Positions 39,904 to 55,248 are shown, counted from the first letter of the stretch. The stretch is 64,000 nt of DNA from Chrysomallon squamiferum (GCA_012295275.1 CM022677.1:17174001-17238000); one strand, 5' to 3'. Program-made: numbers and translations. The notes: generated by a model from the letters alone, not told the origin.

Positions 39904-40630
39904 TTAATAATCGAATGACATTTCATCTTTTTTGAAACTTTTAACTCTGTCTCCATAACATTGTTAATATCTCATACAAAGGAAATATAATTATTTCAAT
40001 ATCCATATGATCGCAATATATAATAATTTTCATTACCATATAATCGAAAATATATATATATATATATTTCGATTATATCGTACTGAAAAGTGTTTTATAT
40101 GGTATTGAAAATTATACATATATATATATATTTTTTTTTTTTTTTTCGTGTCCATATAATCAAAATAATTATAAAGACACAACTATCTTCCTAGGTTGTT
40201 ATTTTTTCAAACACTGTCTTTAGTTGTGATTTTTCTCCTGGTTAATAAGCGAGTAACGAAACTGATCATTTATATGTCTTCTCCGTCTCTCTCCTTTTTT
40301 TTTCAACATCCATATAATTACGATACTTCATCAGTTCACAGTTTTTTTGTTGTTTTTTTAAACATTGTCCTTATCGTTTGCTTTTATCCCACATAATCGA
40401 ATCAATAAAAGATGCTTCATTTGATTCTCGAAGTGTCTGCTTTTCATCTGTTGTAATAGAATAAGCGAGAGGTTTTTTTATTTGTAAGAAAAGCTTTTGA
40501 AAGCTGTCGCTGTTTCGCGAATTCCGTACTGTAACGTTGTAGACGTAACGTAGGAAGAGGTTCCGAAAAAATTTGGTGACGTCGTGGAGAAGAGTTGTAA
40601 ACCAGAAATTGATTTTTTCTGTTAGAGAGC

Positions 40631-43020
40631 AGAAGTCAAAAATTTTAAAAATCCAAATTCGCACGTTTTTGAATTCAGTATTAATGCTTTAATCGTATGT
40701 TTCAAATACAACATGCCAATGGCGATAAAAATATCTTACACTTCAAATACCTTTCAACGTAAGTTAACAAATTGATTCCATTCCGTCTTTTTGAAGTATA
40801 GAAGTCAAAAATCTTACAAATCCATGTTCACACGTTTTTGAATTCAGTATTAATGCTTGTAATCATATGTTTCATATACAACATGCCAATGGCTATGAAA
40901 ATATCTTACACTTCAAATGTCGTTCAACGTAAGTTAACAAATTGATTCCATTCCGTCTTTTTGAAGCGTAGAAGTGAGAATTTTTACAAATCCAAATTCA
41001 CACGTTTTTTTAAATTCAGTATTAATGTTGTAATAATATGTTTCAAATTCAATAAGCTGATTAAATTTTGCATTTCAACTATCGTTTGTAATAAAATATT
41101 AATAAGTCAAAACCAGTCCAAGCGAGTTCGTCTTTTCGCAGAATAGAAGTCAATTTTTCAAATCCATGTTCTGGCGCTTTTGAATTCAGTATTAATATTC
41201 GTAATAATAGGATTCACATACAGTTTGCTGTGAGTTGCAGAAAATTTTCACATTTCTAATTTCGTTCAGTATACAATATTAATAAGTTAATAGACAAATC
41301 CATGCAATTTCGTGTCTTGCTGTGGAAGCCACTTTTTCTGTTTCACGTACACACGATTTCTTACATTGTCTAATATGTTCCCAATACAATATACTGCTAC
41401 CTATAAAATCTTACACTTGAAAATTACTGTTAACACGTTTAAAAATACAGTATTAATAAGTCACCATGAGTCGACGCCGTTAAAATTCAAAATGCTATGA
41501 GTTGACGAAAACTTACAAATATCAGGTTCCTAGTTCAGTTGTCAATAATGTTTGTTTGTTTTATTGTTCTTTCTTTCTGAAGTTTGGAGTTAAATATGCT
41601 ATCAGCTGATACAGTCTTATAGGCGACACTTTCATAATTCAGTGTTAAAACTTATAAATATCAGTTTCATATTTCAATGTTAATATGTTTTCTTATGTCT
41701 TGACGTTTACAATTCATCACTCTGTGAACTGAAGCTTCATAATTCAATATTAAAATGTCTACCACTGTTTTGTTAATTAAAATTCAATACGTTATGAGAT
41801 GACAGTTCTCTGATATTTAAATACTAACACGTTATTGTTTGTTTCTGTTTCGACATCTATAATTCAATATGCGATAAATTTTACAAAATGCTGTACTGAC
41901 ATGTTCATACGTTCTATATGTAATCTAATCTAATTAAAGTTATAAATTCAGTCTGTTAGAAAATAGTATACTGCATAAAAACATATATCACTGTTAACAC
42001 GTTCAGAATACATTATCAATCTTCCCATCTATTCAGACACCTAAAAATTCAATATTTATATTTAATTTGTTACCATCTGACGTCATTTTATTGTTGAAAT
42101 CTCTCAGTTCACACATTCGTAATATTTAAGTTTTCACTCGCTTATAATTCCATACGTTGACATTTCTCAGTTCACATGTTCATGATTCAATGTTTAAGTT
42201 TTCACTCGCTTGTAATTCCAGTTCACACGTTCATAAGGCAGAATTGAAACTTTCACTCGCTTGTAATTCGATATGTTGAAAAGTCGTAATTCAGTGTTTA
42301 CTTTTCCGTATGTTTACCAGCTTACAATTCAGTAACGCTTTCCCTTTGACATAATCTTATAAGTTTAAATATCGATTTCGTCTTCGTAGAAGTAAAAATA
42401 TGCAAAACCATGTTCATGCGTTTTTAGGTTTAGTATTAATTTAGTCCAATAAGTTACTAATTCAAAATTCTATGAGTGATAAAAATATTAAATTTGACAT
42501 ATCTTTCAGCGCAGAGTTTTAATTAATTAATATCATTCCATGCGACTTCGTCTTTAAAAGTGTACAAGTAAATTTTTCAAATCCATGTTCGCGCGTTTTA
42601 ATATTTAATATGAATACTGACTGTTATTTTTCACATACAAAATGATTATGAGCAATAAAATCTTGTACTTGAAAAACTTCTCATCATACACCGAAAAATA
42701 CAATATTAAAACGTTACCACGACTGAGCGCGTTTTAAACTGAACATGCTAAGATGAGTTGACACAAACGTATAACTGAAATGAATTTCACTCCCTTAGGA
42801 TTCAATATAACTGACTTATGGCTCAAAGTTACGATGAAATGTCTATACGTTCAAATTTCAATATGAATATGTTCTCTTTTTTTTAATCGTCTCACATGTC
42901 TAAAATTCAATATGAATATGTTTATATCGTCTGGTGAATCTAAAATTCAATATGAATATGTTTTTATCGTCTGGAATTCAATTTCATTATATTGTTATCG
43001 TCTTGCGTAACTAAAATTCA
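40631..43020 (+). repeat. ~170-bp satellite-like tandem array, progressively degenerate
   Basis: AGAAGT unit starts at 40631, 40800, 40970 and 41145, with diverged copies near 42388 and 42565. Sub-repeats TTTCACTCGCTT (42131-42262) and AATTCAATATGAATAT (42855-42960). Confidence 0.8.
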
Positions 43021-43788
43021 ATGTTTTTTGCGGTAAGACACACAGTATAGTGAAATCTGTGTTAACCACATTCGAGAATATACAATATCTGTATAAACTT
43101 TTGTTTAGGACAAGATTTGCATTGTTATTCCCTGCTATGAAATAGCCAATACGTTTCTAATGTTCTCTTAAAACGTCTTATACGATCACTTGAAATAATT
43201 CCTTTTTTAAAGTTTCCAGAGCAAACAGAACTCGTTTGTTTAATAGTAATAAAAGTTGTTGATGTTGTTCTCGTTGTAGGAGTAGTTGCTATAGTTGTTA
43301 TGGCAGTAGTACTGTAGAAGTAGTAATTGTAGAAAGAGCAATACAAATAATAGTAATTGTTGTTGTAGCAGAATTTGTAGTACTAGTAGTAGTAGTAGTA
43401 GTTATAATAGAAGCAATAATAATAATAATAATAACAGAAGCAGCAAAGCAGTAACAATAGTAATATTATAAGCAACAGTAGTAGAAAGTAGTAATAATAA
43501 TATAGTAATATAGCATTAGTAGTGCCCATGGTAGTTGAATAGTAATAGTTGTAGCACTAGTAGTAGTAGTAGTAATAGTAGCAACAATAGCAGTAGTAAT
43601 TGTAATACTATTGATAATAATAATAATAATCATAATAATAATAATATAAGCAGTAGTAGTAATAGTGGTAATAGCAAAAGTAGCAGCATCAATGGCAGTA
43701 GTAGTTGTAACAGTAGTAGTGGTAGTAGTGGTAGTAGTGGTTGTAGTAGTAGTAGTAGTAGTAGCAGCAGTTGTAGTATTGATAATAA

Positions 43789-43824
<36 letters not shown>

Positions 43825-45665
43825 CAGCAGTAGCAGTAGTAGTAGTAGTTTAGAAACATCCCCTTTACGATATGGCTATAACCATCAGCCAATAAACTCT
43901 GTGTTTAACTTAGACTAATGAGTCTACACTGAGTCTGCACGCAGCACTGCAAACGTCTCCTTGTTACGCGATTTCCAGTCCTCTCAAGCGATACTCAGCT
44001 CTGTTGAATCTCTGTCTTGTACCATTGTACAACCATTCACCCTCGGCAAATCGAGATCAGGTCTGGGACTAAGTAAACACGGTGATTCCAAAGAACGGTC
44101 GCTTCATCTGTGAACCAGTGTTTGCCTGCGTGTAAGTTAGCTTTGTTAAATGGCTCGATCTTCTCTTATAATAAAAAAAAAAAAAAAAAATTATTCTTCT
44201 TTTTTTTTCTAAGTGATCTGGACTTAACGAATCTACTACTTCCATGATCTTTGACGCTGAACTGTTTTTGGAACAGTCGTAAGAATTTTGTTCCTTATGT
44301 TTCTTTTTTTTTTCGAGATGAAACGCGAATGTTGTCTGAATTGATTATAAAAACACGATTTAAGTAGATAGAGATTTTTGAAACTGGGAGTTTCCAGTGA
44401 CAGATTCTGAAACACGATTTTCACGCAAATGATTCTTAGGGTTTTTTTTTTACGATTTTTGAATGAAATGATTTTGAAACATTTCCAACATTATTTCGTA
44501 TGAGTTGATTACGAAATACGGGTTTGTATTAAAGTTTTTTGGGGGGTTAAAAAAAAGAAAAGATTTCCATCGATGAATTCTGAAGCTCAGTTTTGCATGA
44601 ATGGATTTTTATATATAGTTCCGTATGAAGAGTTTATATAAAAAAATAAAAATTTTGTTTTCGTATGCATAGATTCTGAAATACTATTCAGGAAGAATGA
44701 AATATACGGGGTTTCGAATAAATGCAGTTTAGAAATGATGACTTCGCTACGAATACGTCTTTGAAAAATGGACTCAGACAGACGTTGATATATGCATGTT
44801 TATTTTTTTATGTATTTTCCTCCTTCCTGAAAAATTATCCTCATCCATCACGTTACTGGAGAATAACTCTGTATCTCAGAACATGAATATCAACTGTTAT
44901 TCCTTGTTATTCCTTGTTATTTTCTTCTTTCTAAAAAAACTCACTGTCATCCACTGAACACATTATTTTTAACGAATAAAATGTATAGCAACAAGACTTT
45001 TTTATTTTTTATTTTTCAGACTGTCTGGATTTTTTGAAAATAAAAATCATTTCACAAACTTATTTTTAAAACATACCTAATATTTACTTCTTATCTTCAT
45101 CGATTTTAGATCCTTAAGAAAAGCGAATTTCTGTCTACAAAACGAAGTAAGTAAGTCCTACATTTTGTTTATTTCAAGCTTTGGGAGAGAATCCTTTTAA
45201 GATATTCCATTCCTTATTTCTTCCTCTTCCTATTACAACAATTCCTTTGAATTGGATTTTTCCAGCGTCCTGTCAAACGTCAAGCACACTGTGTTTATTC
45301 CTTATATATTTATTCCTCCAATCGCTTTAAGGAATCTGATATTAGTGGAATTAGGTTTATTTCTCAAAAGGAACCATAAACATGAATTATGTTTTTCTTT
45401 ATTTTATTCCTTAGAGAGATTTTTCTTCTTTTTTCTTTCTTTCTGTTCTGAATAATAATTATTCTTAACACTTTTTTTTTATAACGTTCCTTTTTTCTTC
45501 TTCTAAATACCAGTTAAATATAAAATTAATTGAATTCTATTTTTCTTAATTCCTACTTCGCTCTTTCGTCTTCGTGATAAATTAACTGTACATTAAATGT
45601 ACTTTTCTTATTTAAGCTTCATCATGTTTTTCACTTTTTTTTTCCTCTTTGTTTTTCTAATCCTG

Positions 45666-45706
<41 letters not shown>

Positions 45707-46333
45707 CACTTATAACATTAACTTTAATCCCAAATGCCGTTTTCTTCTTTAAGCTTCACGCCATTTTCATCTTTTTCTTTTTTTTTAATTTCCTTTTTAC
45801 TTTCTTCTTCTTCTAAAAAAACTAAATAACCACAACATCAACAATATTAAAGAAATATAATCCACACAAATATTAAATTAACACATATATATATATATAA
45901 ATACACTACCCATTTTTCAACACGAATGACGTCACGTTAATCCGGCAGACGACGCATCCACAAAGCAGCAGTGAAAAAAAACAACAACGAAAGCAGACGT
46001 TATCCGCTAACCAAGCGCGCGTATATTTCCACTTGTTGTGTCTCGCGCTAGTTACAGCTTGCGACAAAACTAAGAACAACATGAAAACGAGATTCTGCTC
46101 GCGTTCTAATAGCATCGCTCGCTCTCTCTCGTACGTTCGGCTTTCGGGGCCTTCCGACGTAATTTTACGATCCATCGACCCGAGAATGTGTACGTTTCGC
46201 TTGCGTATCAGCGAAGTTGGGGTTTTCCCCACCGCGTTTGGTTTATTTTCTTTTAACACGCGTATTGATCTGTGAAATGTGAAGTGTATTGATGGTCGTT
46301 ATAGCTGATTTTTTTAATTTTTATTTATTTATT

Positions 46334-46414
<81 letters not shown>

Positions 46415-46560
46415 GCTATCTATCTATCTCTCACTCTGTTCTGATTAAAAGAGATAGACGATGATGTTGATGATAATGATGATAACAACAACAACAACAA
46501 CAATAATAATAATAATAATAAGCATAACACTAATAATAATAATAAGCATAATAATAATAA

Positions 46561-46591
<31 letters not shown>

Positions 46592-46592
46592 A

Positions 46593-46648
<56 letters not shown>

Positions 46649-47179
46649 CCCTAAATAAATATTTGTTTATGTCATACCGTAGTTTTTAAAAATATAAATA
46701 CCGTTTTCTTTCTTAAACTGAAATTATGACACCTCTGTCCTACCGTATCAAAACACACTTGCAATGCCCTCCGGAATAAAACTCGACAGAGGAAAACAGC
46801 TAATTTTTGTTTTTAATTTTCACGAATTTGATGTTAATGACTGGGAGCAAACTGCTTATGAAATTTGAATATTTCGAGTACGAGATCTTTTTTCTACGGA
46901 TGTTGAAAAAAACAAACAATTGGAAATAAATAAAAAGGAATCATTAATTTATAAAGAAAGAAAGCAAGTAGGATGTATGACCCGAGGGATGGATGGATGG
47001 ATGGATACAGCGAAGGAGATGATGAATGGATGAATGAAGGAAAGAATAAAAGAAAAATAAATAGACAGATAGATGACAGACAGACAGACATACATATACC
47101 GTTATAGATAGATAGATAAAGAGAGAGAGACAGAGAGAAAGAGAGAAAGACAGACAGAGAGAAAGACAGTAAGGCAGAC

Positions 47180-47218
<39 letters not shown>

Positions 47219-47246
47219 CAGATAGATAGACAGATAGTTAAATAGA

Positions 47247-47298
<52 letters not shown>

Positions 47299-47689
47299 AA
47301 GGAAGGAAGAAAGGAAAGTGTTTTAATGTGAGCGAGCTTGGTTCCGGTTTCGTCAATGCGAATTTTCATCCGCCTGTGTTAAATTCAGTAAAAAGAGAAA
47401 CAAACTGTTAATCAGCTTTTTACTGTTTCTTTATTTCATTTACTTACTTATTTATTTATTTACTTATTTATTTGTTTGTTTACTTATTTATTTCATTTTT
47501 AGTTAGTTAATTAGTTATCATTTATTCATTCATTCTTTGGTGCATATATTTATTTGCTTGTTCATTCATTGGTTTAGTTATTTATTTATTCGTTCATTTA
47601 TTTATTGGTAGACCGATTTATTTATTTATTCAGTCAGAGAAAGAGAGAGAGAAACAGACATATAGATAGACAGATAGATAAACAGACAC

Positions 47690-47721
<32 letters not shown>

Positions 47722-47722
<1 letters not shown>

Positions 47723-47997
47723 ACCAAAGAAAAGAAAGTGGAAAAAGGATATGTTTATAACAAATTAAATTAATAGAACGAAAAGAAATTTTAAAAAGGC
47801 TGAAAAATTTCAAAATTAAAGAAATTCAATAACTTTCAAAAAAAAATATTTAAAACCATTTAATGCTGATAACGAAAAAAATTAATTTTATTCATAACAA
47901 TAGGGAGGAGAAAAAAAAATTGTTTTGCTTTTATTACTTTTCAACAATTTGCATTTTAAAAATCGATATTCCACATATTAAATTACAGAACAAACAG
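47722..47997 (+). repeat. Dispersed ~280-bp AT-rich repeat, copy 1 (direct copy at 59031-59317)
   Basis: Shared AAAGAAATTCAATAACTT, ATAACAATAG, TTGTTTTnCTTTTATTACTTTT and AATCGATAT..C.CATATTAAATTACAGAACAAACAG; both copies are preceded by GATA/GACA tracts. Confidence 0.85.
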
Positions 47998-48222
47998 TAA
48001 CAGAATATGATGTTCGATTAACTTTCCTAGGTTTTCACATCAAATAAAAACAGATAAAAAAAATGTCCTCTTCTTTTTCTTCTTCTACTTATTACTACTA
48101 CTACTCTACTACTACTACTACTACTACTGCACTACTACTACCGCGACTACTACTGCTTCTACTACTACTGCAACTACTACTGCGACTACTACTGCTGCTA
48201 CTACTAGTATTACTATATAGCG

Positions 48223-48255
<33 letters not shown>

Positions 48256-48318
48256 GCTACTATTATTACTTCTACAACTACTACTACTATTATTATTACT
48301 ACTATTATTATTATTATT

Positions 48319-48360
<42 letters not shown>

Positions 48361-48562
48361 AGAATCATCATCGTCATATACATCAGTTTAATTGTTGTTT
48401 TCCTTGTCATCATTAATAATAATTTGTATTTATATATTTATTTATTTATTTATTTATTTATTTATTGATTTATTTTCATCACCATCATCATCATTATTAT
48501 ACTATTCATTTTGTTGTGTTATATAATATTATTCACTTTTCTTCTACACTTTATTTTCTTCT

Positions 48563-48604
<42 letters not shown>

Positions 48605-49311
48605 TATTTTTCCTCCAAGAAGTAATTTTATTTAATGAACTGCCTAAATTCCATGTTCTCACTCATTGAATTGTAATAAGGTCGTTACCATGTTAGCGAA
48701 TGGTGTGTCAGACAGTATGGGGGCGTTTCCAATAAAACATATTACCAACTGTTACCATGACGACAAATAGCCAAGGGGCACTAATAAGGCATCGCTTAAA
48801 ATTTCTGTATGTAACAAGATTTTTGGCATCTTTATGAAAAATTTCTGTCTGAAATGATATTTGAATTGATGCATCCTTAGCATGATTATTATCATTATCA
48901 TTTTTATCAGCATAATTAACATTGTAATCATCTTCATTATCATTAACGTTGCCATTGTTATTTTGTTAATCAACGAAAAGTATGACCGTCATCTTCATCA
49001 TCATCATTAGTAGTAGTAGAAGTAGCAGTTGTTCTCGATGTTGTAGTAGGAGTAGTCTTAATAGTAGTAGTGATGATGTAATTATAGTTGCAGTAGTTGT
49101 TGATTGTATACATGTGTGTGTGTTTGTGTGTGTGTGGTTGTCTGTGAACATATATTGAGATAGATTGAGACAGATAGATAGACAGATAAATAGATATAAG
49201 ATACAGATATGTGTGAGTTTGTGTGTATATATATATACAGACATATACATATCAACATCATCATTATCATCATCATCGCAGTCTGCCTCTAACACATTCT
49301 CTATCTCTCTC

Positions 49312-49400
<89 letters not shown>

Positions 49401-49536
49401 GACTCTGTCTCTCTGTCTCTCAGTATCTGTCTCTGTCTCTGTCTCTCTCACTGTCTCTCTCATTCTCTCTCTCTTTCTCTCTCTCTCTCTGTCTGTCTCT
49501 GTCTCTGTCTCTCTGTCTCTGTCTCTGTCTCTCTCA

Positions 49537-49639
<103 letters not shown>

Positions 49640-50394
49640 TTTCTCCTCATATCTATTCAACATGACATAAACAGTTACACACTGAACCAGTGAGATTGGA
49701 ACTCGGAGCCTCCAGCTCTTGCTTCGACAACTTAACCACTAATCTCCATTTCCCCCCTCCCTCGGGCTGCACGGCTACTAAAGAGATATCGCGTCACGTG
49801 ACATGTTGCTAAGCGAAACGCCAGAAACAATGACGGCGTCATAAAGAAAGGTTTGTGTGGGCAACTGCGTTGTGGCCGACGTCTCTCATTATAGCATCTA
49901 GCGCGTCTACAGCGGCGACTTCGTGTAAACACGCCTACGGCAACGACATGATTAAAATAATATTGCCGTATCAGAAGTCTGTATTAGGCCGTGAAGTAGT
50001 TCGACAATGTATAAACGAGTCTTGTCCTCGATCTTTCTTCCTTCTTCCTTCCTTCCTTCCTTCGTCCCTTCCTACCTTTATTTTTTACTTGTCTTTCTTT
50101 CATTAGTGAAAGAGGCTTTACATTTTTCCATCTCTTAACGTTTTTGTTTTTTTTTTTCCTTTCTTTATCCCTGCCTTTCTCTTTGATTTTCTGTCTATCT
50201 ATTTTATTTTTTATTTTATTTTTTAAATTAAAAACTCTGATTTCTATATCAATAATCCATCTTTTTTTTTTTCTCTTATCTCTGTCTCTGATTGTTTCTT
50301 TCTGTGATCTCTATCTCTCTATCTCTCTCTATCTCTCTCTCTCATCCTTTCTCCAAACGTGAACCTCTTAAAGTGCGAGTGAACTATTAGTTTC

Positions 50395-50479
50395 GACGAC
50401 ATTTGATTTTCAAATGATTACTGTCAGCTCTATATTTAGTTAGTTAGTTAGATGTGTCTTTCCTCTGTCAAGAAAAATT
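50395..50479 (+). repeat. 85-bp segment duplicated into the minisatellite at 56634-56718
   Basis: 83/85 identical by manual alignment. Confidence 0.93.
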
Positions 50480-50819
50480 AGCTGAATATTTGTTTTAATA
50501 ATCACTTCTCTATATATATTTTGTTTCGTTATTTTTATTTCTAAACTTATTAATTCATCCTTTTTTGTAGTTACTTCTTTGTTCTTTCTTTCAGAATCTA
50601 TTCATCCTTCTTTCTTTCAGTCTCCCTCTATTGCTCTCTTTTTCTTTTCATTCCTTTCTTCTTCCCCACCTGTTATCTCTCTGTATCCATCTATCGTTTT
50701 ATTGATCGGTCTACTGATCTACATACCGACTTATCTATCTAGGTATCTAGCTATTTATCTATCTGTTTATCTTTCTTCTGTCTATATATCCTCTATCCTT
50801 CTTTGTTCTTGTTTAACTA

Positions 50820-50944
50820 TCTCTTGCTCTCTTTCTCTCTCTCTATCCCTGACTTTCTCTCTCTGTCTATCTAGCTATATTTTTTCTCTCATCTCTCTCT
50901 ATATGTCTCTCTTCTCTCGCTCTCTCTCTCTATCTCTATCTCTA

Positions 50945-51002
<58 letters not shown>

Positions 51003-51014
51003 GCTCTCTCTCTA

Positions 51015-51055
<41 letters not shown>

Positions 51056-51161
51056 CCCTCTCTCTATCTCCTCTCTCCTCTCTCTCTCTCTCTCTCTCGT
51101 TCTCTCTCTCTCTCGCTCTCTCTCTCTCTCACTCTCTCTTGCTCTCTCTTTATCTCTCTCG

Positions 51162-51229
<68 letters not shown>

Positions 51230-51247
51230 CTCTCTATTTCTCTCTCG

Positions 51248-51339
<92 letters not shown>

Positions 51340-51340
51340 T
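50820..51340 (+). repeat. Interrupted (TC)n/(TCTATC)n tract
   Basis: Direct inspection. Confidence 0.95.
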
Positions 51341-54191
51341 CTTAATCTTCTTCTTCTTTTTCTAATTTTTTTAAATTTACTTTCTCTTCCTTCTTGCACT
51401 AGAATTATTTCCGAACTAAATGCACCTGCATTACTTTAACCATTTTCTCTAAAGCCCGACATTGAAACTCCATTTTTCAGACGCTCTGTAATATCACTTT
51501 TCCCCATTGCCCTTTAAAAGATTTCTCCTCAAAAGTCGTTTAGAAAACTTCTAAGCAAACGAGACATGTCTCTCTCGATATCCCACCATGTCTGACTCAG
51601 TTTCTGATTTTTCCTTTGCCTTCAGGCTGCACCAGAAATGCTTCCCTTGACAAGCAATTGAGAAGTGAATAGGTGCATCAGATATTTATACCCTCCGTCG
51701 ATAATTTCCGGCCCAGAGTTACGTTATATAATTTCGATGACGAACGTCATTACCGTCAACTGCTGACGTTTTGCTAATATTGTCGCTGCAGCAAATAAGA
51801 TGACCCGTAAGTAGGATCATGTCAATGGAAACAGAAAAATAGATCGTTTACGCCGTCGCTGCTGACGTCGTGAATGTTGTCACAGCAACAACGACGAATA
51901 ATAATAATAATCATAATAATAATAATAATAGAAGCAAGATAGTGGACAAAGATAAAAAAAAAAAAAAAGAAAGGGAGAAAGGAGAAATAGAAAAGAAATA
52001 GAAAAGCAAGAAAGAAATAGAAAGAAAGAAAGAAGGAAAGAAAGAAAGAAAGAAAGAAAGAAAGAGCGAGAACAAACTGAAAGAAGGAAGACAAAGAACG
52101 GAAGATGGAAGGAAGAAAAACAAATGTGAAGGAAGGAAGTGAGAAAGGAGAAATAAAAAAGCAAGAAAGAAAGAAAGAATGAATAAAGAATGAAAGAAAG
52201 AACGAAACAAACAAACAAACAAACAAAGAACGAGAACAAACTGAAAGAAGAAAGAGAAAGAAAGGAAGATAGAATGAAGAAAAACAAATCAAAAGAAGAA
52301 TGGAAAAAGCAGAACTGAGAGAAGAGAGGAGATATAACAGCTAAAGGAATGAAAATAAGAAAGAAAGAATTAAAATGAAAATTTTAAAATTAAAGAGCTA
52401 AAAAAATAAAGAAAATCAAAACCGAGATGAAACGAAAACAACCTCATCATCTACTTCCAATAATATTAACATAAACAGTCATCTTGATAATAATTATCAC
52501 TGGGCAAAACAACAACGTCGTTGTTTCAAGATGTTCAACGCCATTACATCATCATTTCTTTTTAACCACCGCAGCCATCACATTAGCGATTATAGTCGAC
52601 GACAACGACGACATTAAATAAAAGTAAATTGCCTGTAGCAACAAATCACAAGATTATAAAGAATTTATCAAAGCCTTTAATATTTATTGAAATAAACAGG
52701 AACCGCAAACTTTAAATGTTTATACATATACACAGTGAGGAAAGATTAACCTACGGGTATATGTTTTTTTTTAATGCAGTGTTATGTAACTGGTTCCGTG
52801 TTCTTAAAGCTCGTTTCTACCCGGTGGGCAAATTGACCTATATCTCGTTCCAACCAGTGACCCCATTCAAATGTTAGATCAGCGTTCATAACAAAGAAAA
52901 CTATAGTGTTTAAAATTTAATAACTACTTGTGGATAAAAAATAAATTTTCCTATAAAATATAAATGTTTTATATGACAACATACCATTTAAATTCATGAT
53001 CTGCTGTTACACAGTAAAACTTCATGGTATGTAGTGTCCTGTTTACAGTCATAGTGGCGTATATTTATGGTTAAGATCAGAGATAATCAGAGAAAATCTG
53101 CTTCAGAGTCACTAGCATTAGTTATAGTCGAAGATGACGTTTTAAAAGAAGCAGCACCATCTTTATTATTATTATTATTAGTAGTAGTAGTAGTAGTAGT
53201 AATAGTAGTTGTAGTAGTAGTAATAGTAATGCTAGTTGAGGACGTCGTGTTGGTGGTGTTTCAGTTGCAGTAGTAAAGGTATCAGTAATAATAGTAATGG
53301 CCGTGACATAAGTTGTATAAGCAACGGCAGAAGTTTTGATGATGCTGCTAGCGATAGTAACAGAAATTGTAATATTAGTAATGTAGCAATATTAGTAGTA
53401 GTAGTAATAATAGTAACAGTATCAGCAATAGTGGTACAATAGTAGTAACAGTAATAATAGTAGTAATAATAGCAGTCGTAGCTGTTGTTTTTATTGTAAT
53501 ATTAGTAAAAGCGAAAACAGAAGTAATACTAGCAGCAGTGACAGTCATAGCGGTAATAATACCAACAGTCGTAGTAGTTATAGTCGGAATAATAGCAGCA
53601 ATTGTTAATAAAAAGAAATTTATTGATATAACGGATAACCATCTGTCAGCATCAGCAGTAGCAGCAGCAATAACAGCACCAAGCATTAACGCCAATGAAA
53701 GATCATTACTGAAACAACAGCAAAGGGAGACTATCTTCTGTTCTCAGTCGATCTATCACAGCCAGTTCAGTTCTCGGTGAAAGACATTTTATACTGAGTG
53801 CTTCTTACAAGTTGAGCAAGCAGCACTAATAGAACCAACAGCCAATATATTTATTAAGTCGCCTCCCATTACAAAAAAAATAAAAAATAAACCCCAGATC
53901 TGCTAAATACTTAATTGTCGTTCATTGTTTCTTTCTTACTGAGATCAATATTGATCCCGGTGGAGAATCGATATGCCCACGTCAGTTACGATTGTCGTAC
54001 TTTTTTTTACAACCGGAATCGTAGTATTTACGAGTGACCGTTCTGTGGCTTAGTTCTGAAAGCTTTTTGGGGTTTGTTTGTTTTTTTCGTCACGAGATCT
54101 GTAGGTCCTAAGTAGGTGTCGAGTGCTGATATTAGGTTACAAATATGTAAACAAAACATGCACAGATATAGTCGTAGATACAGAAACACAC

Positions 54192-54275
<84 letters not shown>

Positions 54276-55248
54276 GCATGCAACACACACACACACAGAA
54301 CAAAGTAATATAATGCAATTAATCATGAAATTTTATTGTTATTTACATATTAGATCACGGTATACATATCTGTTTGTCTATAAATGTCTATCTGCCTGTT
54401 CGTCTTTCAGTCTATCCATAATCTCTCTTTGTTCAAATATATACGCATGTACAATATACACACACACACACTCATACAAACATACACACACAGAATAAAG
54501 TACACAGACTGTAATTCATTATGAATTTTGTTATTCCGATATCAATGTCTGTGTCTATCTATATAAATGTATATCTGCCTATGCTTTGAAGCTGTCTAAT
54601 CATATTTCTCTGTGTCTATGTATAATATGTATAATTAAATAAATAAATAAATATATATATATATATATATGTCCTCTGTCAGTTCTTTCTATCTTTGTTT
54701 ATTTCTTTCTTTCTCTCTGTCTCTCAATAATCTTTATTTCTTTCTCTGAATATGTTTATTTTTTTATTTTTTCGTTTTTCCATTTATTTTTATATAAATC
54801 TATATTTCTATCTCTTTATTATATCTATATATCTATCTGTAATACGAGACGCGTTCATTTATCAAACTCTCTTGTTATAGATCAGGTGATAAAAGCTTTC
54901 AGACGAACATGTAAACTATTGAGAGTCTGTCGGTTCTGAAGTTATTGCTGTGGGCGATTTTTGACAGAACTGCTGTTGCCCTCAGGCTTGTTCTATTGGA
55001 ATCAAAATGGCCGCGAGTAATGAGAAGGAATGAATTACTAATAAAAAAAAAAAAAAAAAATAATAGAAATAAAGCATCAGCAGACAGGTAAATAGTTTTA
55101 ATAGTGAAATACAATTCATAAATAGAGTGTCGCGCGTTCTGTAGAAATATGATACCATAGACTTATAGAGAGAATCTTTGTGCTTTGGTTTTTGCACGTG
55201 GAAAATTGATCTTGTATGTATCATCTGATGTTGTTGTTTTTTAATTGG

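Noticed and set aside
40300-40335. Minus-strand CTGATGA-stem-GAAA hammerhead-like core
   Set aside because: No sequence is available to form stems I and III.
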